Of a stretch of 58,122 nucleotides of DNA, positions 19,280 to 29,000 are shown piece by piece (positions within the stretch are counted from its first letter, which is position 1; every line of letters starts with the position of its first letter). Both the position numbers and the translations under genes were made by a program. This stretch comes from a virus (taxonomy: Duplodnaviria; Caudoviricetes): the IMG/VR virus record IMGVR_UViG_3300027721_000019, positions 1 through 58,122 of that record; one strand, 5' to 3'. The notes beneath the pieces are model-generated. The model was given only the letters and a program-made list of their open reading frames with translations. It did not search any database and was not told the origin of the DNA.

Positions 19280-19777
19280 ATGTCCGATAATTTAGATACA
19301 TTATTAAGTGAACTATCTTCTTTTGAACTTCCAGTGAGTGAGCCTAAGCAAGTAGCACCTGCGATGGAGGTTACCGATGACAACATTAACGAATATATTG
19401 TTAAAAGAACAACGCAGTTAATTGATACAAGTATTACAGCAGTAGATGATATTAAGGATTATATTATTCAAGGTCAAAATCCTGATGAAATAGCAGCTCT
19501 ATCAGAGCTCATTAATGCAGCAACAAAAAGTATAGAAGCTCTTAATAGAATTAATCTTCTTAATAAGAAAGGTAAAATTGATAAAGAGCTTAAAGAAATG
19601 GATTTAAACAATAAAAAAGAAGTAGCTGGTATGTTACCTGGTAACAATGTTGTTAATAACAACCTAATAGTTGCATCAAGAGAAGATATCTTTAAACAGC
19701 TATTAAGTGCTACAGAAGCTGAGCCAAAGATAGAAGTTATTGATTCTGTTGTTATAGAAGAAAAAGAGGATAAATAA
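19280..19777 (+). CDS. gp16: terminase small subunit, gp16-like
   Basis: Helical-hairpin pattern (QLID...NPDEIAALSELINAA) and NNNLIVASREDIFKQL, like the gp16 C-terminal NxxFVGSTxEL motif. Confidence 0.6.
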   Translation: MSDNLDTLLSELSSFELPVSEPKQVAPAMEVTDDNINEYIVKRTTQLIDTSITAVDDIKDYIIQGQNPDEIAALSELINAATKSIEALNRINLLNKKGKIDKELKEMDLNNKKEVAGMLPGNNVVNNNLIVASREDIFKQLLSATEAEPKIEVIDSVVIEEKEDK

Positions 19778-19782
19778 TTTAT

Positions 19783-20415
19783 ATGGCGATATCTATTAAT
19801 GGTAACAATGCAGCTCCCTGGTACCTTGAACCTAACGACTGCTTAGGCGATTCTTTAGGTTATATTAATCAAAATGCAGCATATACTACTACACTAGCAG
19901 CTTCTGCTAGTCTCAACACATTAACTACTAATGTTAATAATAACTCAACAGTAGGCCAAACAATTGTTTTTGCTGATGTAAAACCAGCAAATACTAACGG
20001 AGGTTCTTCAACAGCTGGCGCCTGGAACGTTAGAACTCTAAATACAATTTTAATAAATAGTCATAGCATAGCTGCTACGTTAGCAACCAACGTATTCACT
20101 TTACCAGCAGGGACATGGTTAATTGAAGCGAAAGTTCCAGGGTATCAAACCGATCGTCAACAGGCTCGTATATATCAAACAACAAGTCCAAATACTATAT
20201 TTTACGGTACAAGTGAACTTCAAGGAAATACAACAGGCGCATCCACAAGTACACTTGTTATAGGTTGCTACGTTATAGCTCCAAGTACAACTAGTTCTTT
20301 TAGAATTGAACATAGAGTACAAACTGGCCAATCTAATAACGGGTTAGGTGTTGCTAGTAACTTTGGAAGTAGTGAATTATACACTACTGTTAAATGCACA
20401 AGAGTTAAGTACTAA
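19783..20415 (+). CDS. putative fibre/virion protein with shared anchor motif and beta-sandwich head
   Basis: DCLGDSLGYINQN anchor; WNVRTLNT...FTLPAGTWLI beta-rich domain. Confidence 0.55.
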   Translation: MAISINGNNAAPWYLEPNDCLGDSLGYINQNAAYTTTLAASASLNTLTTNVNNNSTVGQTIVFADVKPANTNGGSSTAGAWNVRTLNTILINSHSIAATLATNVFTLPAGTWLIEAKVPGYQTDRQQARIYQTTSPNTIFYGTSELQGNTTGASTSTLVIGCYVIAPSTTSSFRIEHRVQTGQSNNGLGVASNFGSSELYTTVKCTRVKY

Positions 20416-22061
20416 GCTTCACAACTCTTACATTCGTTAAGAGAGCGTGCTAGCATCTGACTAGGGTTAGCTGAACGCTGATAGTAAAGAGCCTTAATAC
20501 CCTGTTCCCAGGCAAAGATTGTTAAGTCGCTAGCTTCCTTTGGCTTTGTATTAGGTGGTATCATTACGTTTAATGATTGACCTTGATCAATAAACTTCTG
20601 ACGCTGAGCAGCCTGAATAATAATTTCCTTCTGGCTAATTTCACCAAACGTTTTAAACACATCTTTTTCATTTTGTGTTAGAAAATCAAGATGCTGAACA
20701 GAGCCGCCCTTTAACAGAACACTCTTCCAGGTCTCATCATCATGCTTACCCTTATCTTTAAATAATTGTTTAAGGTAAGGATTACGATAAGTGAACTTAC
20801 CCTTAGCTAAATCCTTAACATAATAATTAGAATTCTGAGGCTCAATAGAAGGGCTAACTTGACCTAGAATAAACGAACTTGATGTGGTAGGAGCAACGGC
20901 AAGAGTGGTTGTATTACGACGACCATAACCCTTGAGTAAAGGAGGTTCACCGAGCAGGTCAGCAAGAGTACTAGAAGCCTTATCAGCATGATCTCGAATA
21001 AACTTCCAAACCTGGGCATTAAGAGTCTTTGCTTCCATTGATTCAAAAGCAATCATTTTAGATTGAAGAAGAGAATGCCATCCAAGAACACCCACTCCTA
21101 AAGCTCGCTGATTAATAGCAAACTTCCTAGGCGCATCCATAAACTTCATTCCTTCTGTTTTATCGATAAACTCCGACATTACTGCATCCAAAAAGAAAAC
21201 AAGATGTTCAACAGCGTCAGTATTCTTCCATTCTTCCCACCTCTCTAAATTCATAGAAGAAAGATCACATACAAACGATTCATCAGGGCCGTTGGAAAGC
21301 ATAATCTCAGAACAAAGATTAGAATGATTAATTTTAAGTCCTTTATCTTTATACACTTGAGGGGCTTGATTATTAGCGTTATCACTAAAGAAAATATAAG
21401 GGTAACCAGATTCAAAACGCTTTTTAATAACTAATCCCCAGACCTTTCTCTTATCCTTGTCTCCGTCTAACATGGCCCGCATCCAGCTGTCTGATACACA
21501 TACCCCGATAGAAAGATCCTGAATAGAATCCCCTTCAGAACGAATCTTAAGGAACTCTTCAATATCAGCGTGATCAATAGGAAGGTAAGCAGCAAATGAA
21601 CCGCGACGGACATTCCCTTGTGAGATATAATTTGTAAGAGAATCAAAAACAGATAGCTGATGATGCACTCCTGTAGCCTCCCCTCCAGAAGAAATAGGCG
21701 TTCCACGAGGACGGATGGCACCAAAGTATCCAGATGTACCGCCTCCTACCTTAGACATAACACCTACTTCAGCCACCTTATAAAGAATATCATCCATGTT
21801 GTCAGGTACATAAGAACCAAAACAACTAATTGGTAGACCACGCTTACGACCAAAGTTAGACCAGATAGGGGAGCTTAAAGAGTAATAACCCTTATGTACA
21901 TACTCTTCAAACTTAGATGCAAAACCTTTAAGTTTAAGAAGCTTTTCAGCAGCTTTAGCAATGTCGGTTATTCTTTGTTCGGCGGTTTCTCCTTCTAGAA
22001 GGTAACCACGTTCAAGGAACTTCCTCGAATCTTTATTAAGCCAATAGATGTTTTCAGTCAT
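20412..22061 (-). CDS. nrdA: class I ribonucleotide reductase alpha subunit, no ATP cone
   Basis: PISCF, GGGTSG, QGNVRRGSFAAYL, SNLCSEI, APTTSSS, DQGQSLN, KALYYQRS, C-terminal CKSCE. Confidence 0.96.
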   Translation of the reverse strand: MTENIYWLNKDSRKFLERGYLLEGETAEQRITDIAKAAEKLLKLKGFASKFEEYVHKGYYSLSSPIWSNFGRKRGLPISCFGSYVPDNMDDILYKVAEVGVMSKVGGGTSGYFGAIRPRGTPISSGGEATGVHHQLSVFDSLTNYISQGNVRRGSFAAYLPIDHADIEEFLKIRSEGDSIQDLSIGVCVSDSWMRAMLDGDKDKRKVWGLVIKKRFESGYPYIFFSDNANNQAPQVYKDKGLKINHSNLCSEIMLSNGPDESFVCDLSSMNLERWEEWKNTDAVEHLVFFLDAVMSEFIDKTEGMKFMDAPRKFAINQRALGVGVLGWHSLLQSKMIAFESMEAKTLNAQVWKFIRDHADKASSTLADLLGEPPLLKGYGRRNTTTLAVAPTTSSSFILGQVSPSIEPQNSNYYVKDLAKGKFTYRNPYLKQLFKDKGKHDDETWKSVLLKGGSVQHLDFLTQNEKDVFKTFGEISQKEIIIQAAQRQKFIDQGQSLNVMIPPNTKPKEASDLTIFAWEQGIKALYYQRSANPSQMLARSLNECKSCEA

Positions 22062-22067
22062 ATAAAA

Positions 22068-23039
22068 TTAAAATAAATCGTCTTCAGAGAATGATTGATT
22101 CTTCTTTGCGTACTCGACTGGACGAGCATGAAAAAAATCGGTCATATTATTACCGTGTAATTCCTCTGTAAACCAGATTGTAGATTTTAATAAATCTTTA
22201 TCAACGTCAAAAGCTTTTTTAAACCCGATACCTACTAAAGATTCATTAATCCTATCTTTGATAAACTCTTTAAGGATAGGAGCGGATAACCCTTCCTCTT
22301 TAATTCCGTTTACCATCCAATCAACAATTTTAGCTTCAGATTCAAAGGCTTGTTGAGCTTCATTAAGAATACGCTCTTCAAGTTCAGCATCAACCAGTTC
22401 AGGGTATTCCTCCCTTATTGTGTTAATGATCTTTGTACCGACAATACCGTGAATGTTTTCTTCATTACGTGTATACTTTACCTGTTGGTCGGTGTCTTTA
22501 AGAACATTCTTAAAACGTGCAAACCAATTGATAACGTAGAACTGACTAAACAAAGAAACATTTTCTACGAATAAAGTAAAAAGAATGATAGCATAGAGAT
22601 ACTGCTTCTTACTATCTTTATAAAATTTATGAGTATACTTTCTAAGATACTTTACTCTACCTTCAATCCATTCAAGTTTTAAGTTCTCTTCAAAAACATT
22701 CTCAAGACCAAGTACGGTAATCAAACGCTCGTAAGCATTGTTATGAATAACTTCCACGTTAGCCATAACATATCCGAGATCTTGAAAGCAAGGCTGGGGA
22801 AGATTTTCTCCTAGCTTAGCCCAGAATGTTTTAACAGCAATTTCAATTTGACCGATAGCGGATAAACAACGAATAATAATCTCTCTTTCCTGCTCTGTTA
22901 AATTGACCTTAAACTGTTGAACATCAGACTTAAAGGAAAACTCTTTATCTGTCCAGAAGCCATTGTGCATTGCTTCAATGAACTCATCGGTCCATTTATA
23001 ATTGTTTGGTTTACGGGAGATCTGTTCGTCGAAAATCAT
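22068..23039 (-). CDS. nrdB: class Ia ribonucleotide reductase beta subunit
   Basis: FWTDKEF, EVIHNNAY, VENVSLFSQF, EENIHG, DFFHARPVEY. Confidence 0.95.
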   Translation of the reverse strand: MIFDEQISRKPNNYKWTDEFIEAMHNGFWTDKEFSFKSDVQQFKVNLTEQEREIIIRCLSAIGQIEIAVKTFWAKLGENLPQPCFQDLGYVMANVEVIHNNAYERLITVLGLENVFEENLKLEWIEGRVKYLRKYTHKFYKDSKKQYLYAIILFTLFVENVSLFSQFYVINWFARFKNVLKDTDQQVKYTRNEENIHGIVGTKIINTIREEYPELVDAELEERILNEAQQAFESEAKIVDWMVNGIKEEGLSAPILKEFIKDRINESLVGIGFKKAFDVDKDLLKSTIWFTEELHGNNMTDFFHARPVEYAKKNQSFSEDDLF

Positions 23040-23114
23040 ATTTTTTGTTTATTTAATTGGTTGCGGTACATAGTTCGAGTGTGATGAGTATAATAGTTTT
23101 TTAACGCTTATCTA

Positions 23115-23681
23115 CTATTTTACGCGTTTGTTTTTAGGAAGATCTTTCCATTCAGATCCTCCCCCGGGGGTATTTTTCCACTTACTCCCACCGCTGATCT
23201 TAACATTAACATTACCTAGATTAACATCAGCTTTAAATTTATTGTTTTGCTTTGTTTTAATTTTTTCAGGCTTGTCAGATACCTTATTGTCATACTTAAC
23301 ACTATTAGGTACAGGGCCACGATCAAACCCGTCATCTTGTATCTCAAGAGCTTCGATAGGAACAGTCATTGGATTACGATAAAGACCCGGTGCATATTCA
23401 ATAATAACATCAACGTAGATGTTATCGGGTGACTCAGTACCACCCCTGTAGTTTTGAGTTGTTGTAGGATAAATGCTCTTAATAGCTGAAACTCTTATAT
23501 TTAAATCGAACTTTGGATCCATACAAGCACGAACCATTTCAATGAAATTACTAGCCTTATGCTTAAAGAAATCGAGTTTTAAGCAATCCTCACGGTAGCG
23601 TACACGATCTCCGATCATAAACCCACCTTGCTGATAGCGTTCCATTAAATTTTCAAGTACTATATTAAACTGTGTATCCAT
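23115..23681 (-). CDS. hypothetical protein (KOW/SH3-like FMIGDRV motif, basic C-terminus)
   Basis: 188-aa ORF preceded by a minus-strand TAAATA. Confidence 0.7.
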   Translation of the reverse strand: MDTQFNIVLENLMERYQQGGFMIGDRVRYREDCLKLDFFKHKASNFIEMVRACMDPKFDLNIRVSAIKSIYPTTTQNYRGGTESPDNIYVDVIIEYAPGLYRNPMTVPIEALEIQDDGFDRGPVPNSVKYDNKVSDKPEKIKTKQNNKFKADVNLGNVNVKISGGSKWKNTPGGGSEWKDLPKNKRVK

Positions 23682-23690
23682 ATTCGTGAT

Positions 23691-23720
23691 ATTATTTAAG
23701 CAACTCCTCCCCTAAATAAT
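23691..23720. promoter_or_regulatory. back-to-back divergent late-promoter motifs
   Basis: ATTATTTAAG (= CTTAAATAAT on the - strand), 10 nt, CCTAAATAAT, between divergent genes. Confidence 0.6.
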
Positions 23721-23727
23721 AGTATAA

Positions 23728-24219
23728 ATGGCTGTTAAAATTAACATACTAGAAAATGTATCTAAGCAGTATACCGAGAATCAGTATATTTATAAAGATC
23801 TAACCTTAGATATAGCTAAATCAAATATATTTAAACCAGGATTTAACACCCCGCTACCAGGTGCTGATGTACAAGTAAGTCTTGATAGTAGAGCAATAGC
23901 AAACTCATTGACAAATTTGTTTAATACTATCCCTGGTCAACGTTTTTTATTCCCTGATTACGGTTTAAGTCTTAATCAATACCTTTTTTTACCTATTACA
24001 AAAAATATAGGTCAAGCAATCGGTGAAAAAATGTTAAGTACTATAAGCACATACGAACCTAGAGTTAGTGTACAGAATATTAATGTTGTAGCGGATCCTG
24101 ATAACTATCAGTACCTTATTACACTTTCTTTGCTTATTCCTTCCCTAAATAAGCTGACTAACTTTAATAGTGTATTAAATACTAAAGCACAGTCTTTTAT
24201 AATATTATCTCAAAATTAA
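23728..24219 (+). CDS. gp25: baseplate wedge subunit gp25
   Basis: YKDLTL, AIANSLTNLFNTIPGQRFLFPDYG, YEPRV. Confidence 0.9.
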   Translation: MAVKINILENVSKQYTENQYIYKDLTLDIAKSNIFKPGFNTPLPGADVQVSLDSRAIANSLTNLFNTIPGQRFLFPDYGLSLNQYLFLPITKNIGQAIGEKMLSTISTYEPRVSVQNINVVADPDNYQYLITLSLLIPSLNKLTNFNSVLNTKAQSFIILSQN

Positions 24220-24222
24220 TTT

Positions 24223-26028
24223 ATGGTCAATAACAATCTACAAATAAACAATTTTAATATACCTAAAGGAGGATATGTAGCTTTTGATGCTGTATCACTC
24301 AGACAGCTTATAATTAACAGGCTTAATGAGCAAGGTGTTTTCACTGATCAAAACTTTGTAGGTTCTAACCTTGCAGCAATAATAGATATTATTGCTTATA
24401 GCTATAATACTTTAATTTACTATTTGAACAAGACATCTACTGAATCTATGTTTTCTGAAGCTCAACTTTATGAGAACATAAACAGAATTGTAAAACTTAT
24501 TGATTATTCCCCTGTAGGTAATCAAACATCTACATTATCTTTTAATTGCTCAGCACAAAATCTTGCTAAAAATCTTTACACAATACCTCTTTATTCGTAC
24601 GTAGTATCAAATAATATCTTTTTTTCGTTTAATGAAAATATTACATTTGCAAAAACTGTTGACACAGCTGTTGAGAGTTTAGATACTATATCAAATAATA
24701 CATTACTGTATCAAGGTAAATATACTGAATATCCTGTTTATACTGCTGCAGGTAACAACAACGAGGTAGTTGTTGTTAATCCAGGTAACGATGTTATCGA
24801 TCACTTCAACATAGATGTTTATGTTAAGCCTGTATTAACAGGTACTTGGCAAGTATACGAACAAACAGCTAATCTATTTTTAGAAAGCGGTACATCGAAA
24901 AAATATCAAATACGTTTAAATGATAAATATTATTACGAAATAACATTCGGTGACGATGTTAACGGTGTTAAGCTACAGCCCGGAGATAAGTAGCTGTTTA
25001 TTTATCTTGCTTCTTCAGGCGCAAGTGGAGAGGTAGGACCTGCAACTCTTGATAATAACTCTCTATTAGTTGCTTATAATACATTACAATACAATCAGAT
25101 TGTATCTGATGTATACAGTAATCAGTTTAATTATCTAACTAATAATTTAATGGGTAATTTAAGCTTTGTAAATACAAACAACTCTACACCATTTAATACC
25201 GCTGAAACAGCAGATAATATCCGCAACAACGCCCCTTCTAACTATAGAAGTCAGAACAGGCTTGTAACAGCTCAAGATTATGTAACATTTATTAAAACAA
25301 ATTTTGCAAACCTTATAACAGATGTCAAGTGTGTTAATAATGCAGATTACATCTCCGGGTATATGCAATATTTTTATAACATAGGTATAACAGATCCACA
25401 GATAACAGACAGAGCTTTATTCAATCAAATAAATTATTCTGATTCTTGTAATTTCAATAATGTATACCTTATAGTTGCACCTAAATCAAATGCTTTTGTG
25501 CCAAATTATATTTTACCTGCTCAAAAACAATTAATTAGATCTTCAATTGAAAATAGTAAACTGTTAACAACAGAAACTGTTTTTGTCGACCCTGTATATA
25601 AAGCTGTAAGTATTGGTATTACATCTTCGTTTAATACATTTAATCCATCAACAGATAAGAATCTGTGCACTCTTAACATACAGAAAACAACCTCAACATT
25701 AAGAAGTGATCAATCTATTATTAACGATGTAATAAACGTTTTTACAACTTATTTTGATACTAATAATATTACATTAGGTCAAATTTTAAATACACGTTCA
25801 CTAACTCAGCAAATATACGATATAGACGGTGTACAGACATTCTATACGAGTAGAACTGATGACCCTACAATTATAACAGAGGGGTTATCGTTATTTGTAT
25901 GGAACCCTATTTACCCGACGCTTGATAAAAAAGTAACAACAAACAATGTGTCGTTTAACTACTTTGAATTTTTATATTTTGATAGTATAAAAAATCTTAG
26001 TAGTCAAATTAATATTATTAAGCCATAA
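24223..26028 (+). CDS. gp6: baseplate wedge subunit gp6, interrupted by an in-frame TAG at 24991-24993
   Basis: FTDQNFVGSNLAAIIDIIAY, ESMFSEAQL, YEITFGDDVNG, then ETADNIRNNAP..Y.SQNRLVTAQDY. Both listed ORFs (24223, 25150) are in the same frame, which is open on both sides of the TAG (601 codons in total). Confidence 0.85.
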
Positions 26029-26030
26029 AC

Positions 26031-29000
26031 ATGATACAGGCTAACTTTACAGTTTCACCATCATCAGGGTATGTACTAGCAACACAGTATACGGTTACTA
26101 ATTTAACAACATCTGACAGTACTATACAGCAATATAATTGGGATTCAGGAGCAGGTACAACTCTGTACAACGTTACTAACCCGATATTCACATATAATTA
26201 CCCGGGTACCTATAATATATCTTTAACTGCTAGAGATTATAACGGCAATACAAGCACATACTCTCAATCAATAGTTACGGATTTATATTATAGAGATTAT
26301 ATTACATTTTCTCAAATACCAAATAGTTACGCAAATCCAGGTTTACCTACTGATGAACCTTTCGAAATTTCTGTAATTAGTTCAAATCCGAATTCGCCTC
26401 TAGTAGTTGATTTATACGCCGCTAATTCTCTTTCTACACCTTTTGAATTCGTACCTAGCAAATGGAATTTTTTAACACCTACCTGGTATTTTACAGATAT
26501 AAATTCTAATAAAATAAAATCATTAGTAGTACCCTCAACCCCTGTTTATGTTAACGGTGTTGTGGTAGCAGTTTCAGGCACTGCTAAATTCTACTATGTT
26601 GATTCAATGAGTACAGGAAACCCAGTTGATAACTGCCCTTTACTTATAACTGCAACTTTACAGACATCAGGTTTTAGTAACCCGACTGATTCAAATATAT
26701 ATGATTATCCTTCATATGCTAATAACGCATCAACTAAAGTAGGTATTACTTGGCAAGTAAATGATTTAATTCCTACATTATTAAAAGTAACTAACAACTA
26801 TATTGACAATATTAACCCTAATCAATATAACGGAATTAGAATACCAACCTTAATAACCTATCATGGCAATAGAGCGAACGTGTTATCAGGCAGCAGCAAT
26901 ATAACTAGTGAGGTTTTATTTTCTTACCCAGCATCAAATAATATAGGTAATATATCCCCAATACAATTAACACTAAGTGGTGTACCTACAACTAACTTTA
27001 GTCTTGAGCAAACACCACTTTACGTGCAAAGCACTGATAAAAACGGCTCTGTTATCGGCGGATACGTGTTTACAACTTTAACTCCCTTAACAGCGATAAA
27101 CAGTACAACAATAGTAGCTAATACTACTGCTTATTCCGAAAATGTTAATGGCTCCAGTAGAATTTTTCCTTACCCTCGAGGTTATGTACCTAATCCGTCT
27201 ATATGGGTTTCTAACCCTGAACAGAACGTTTTAAATAAAATAACTGTTACACCATATTCTAATAATTGTAATACTATTACCAATTTTAAAAATTCAAACG
27301 CTTTGCTAGATGGATATATTAAACAAGCTTCTGTACCTCCTATAACAAGTACATCAACCTTTAACTATAATATGTCAGGCTTTTCTGGTGTCTATGGTAT
27401 AGCTGTTGATCCAAGAGATTATAGTGTTGTTGTTACCGATGCTGAAGCCGATTATCTTTATAGATTTACTAACGCAGGTGTACTAACTGCATCGTATAGT
27501 TTTTATAATGTAGATCGTTATAATCCGTACCAGACAACATTTATAGGTCAAGATTTCTCTATTACAACACCTTATTTGAGTGGTGCGTCATATTATCTAT
27601 ATAATATTCTTACACCATCAACTAACCCAAACAACTATATTGTAACATTAAACGGTGTTGTTCAGATACCTGGTACATATACAATTACAGAAGATAATAA
27701 TTTTAATTTTACTGTTTCAGATCCTACACCTAGTATACCGTCCACTCTTAATGTAACTGAAATATATAATACGTCGTTACCCTCTAACTATATTTCATCA
27801 ATACAATATTGGTTAAGTTCAAGTCCAACCCCTGCCACAACTTTCCCTCTTACAGGTTCTCCTACTTTATCTGCTGATACAAATTATTACGTTACGTCTA
27901 TTGACGGCATAATTCAATCCCCTACATCATACACGATTGATATTACAGGTAGTAATGTTGTATTTTCACAGCCTGTACCGTCCAATTCACCGGTACAAGT
28001 TACGTTTATACCTACATTATTATCGCCCCAAACACTAAGTTATAATTTTCCTTATAGCACTAACAAATTATCTATTTCAGGATTTACACCATTTATTACT
28101 GATACCTACACAACATTTTTTATAAATGTAGGAGGTGTATTTGAAGGTAGTTTATCCTACACAGTAGATATACCCAATAGTCAAATAATACTTGATTCGT
28201 ATTTACCACCTAACACAGATATATTTGTTACATATACACCTACTTTATCAACAGTTAATCTGCCAAAAGCCTATACACCTTCTAGCGTATCACTAGACAG
28301 TAATTACAATATTTGGGTTTCACTTTTTAACAATATATACGTTTTAAAATTTGATCCTAATTTTAATTTACTATTTAAAACATCACCAGCTTCTCTATTA
28401 GGTATTACTGATGCATCAGTTTACACCGGGTACACGAATGTATCTACAGATTTTTACAGAGAAGATTTTTTACTTAAACCCCCTGTTGTGGAAACAGACA
28501 GACAAAATAACTGCTGGGCAACATATGCATATTCTTTATGTTCGTTACTTGTTAAGTATAACGGTGCTAACGGCACACCTTTAACAGCTATCGCTCTACC
28601 TATAAATAGTGTGCCTGGAGCTCTAACAATAGATATTAATAATAACGTATGGGTAGCAAATAGCTATAACACCACTTCTACCACAGGAAATATACAGCTT
28701 TATAACGGCACTACTTATACCTTAATGAGTTCTATTACTGGTATACCGAGACCCGGAGAATTATCTCTTAATAGAGACGGTAATCTTTGGTTTACCCATA
28801 GTACAAGAGGTATAGGTTATATTAATGTAACAACAGGTAGTGTTAATTTGTGGTATAACGATTTAAACAATACTGACCTAGCACTTACAACATACCCTCC
28901 AATATCTACTACACTATACTATACAAATTCCTCTGTTTTAGTTAGCCCTAATTCTGCTACTTTAGTGTATCAAGGTGTTAGTGCAATTGTAGGTTCTCCA

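Noticed and set aside
23040-23114. GTTCGA in an intergenic gap as a possible tRNA T-loop
   Set aside because: No acceptor, D or anticodon stems could be formed
24991-24993. Genome-wide TAG reassignment (genetic code 15)
   Set aside because: Only one internal TAG was seen; other genes are intact under code 11 and TAG ends nrdA, gp44 and others at expected positions
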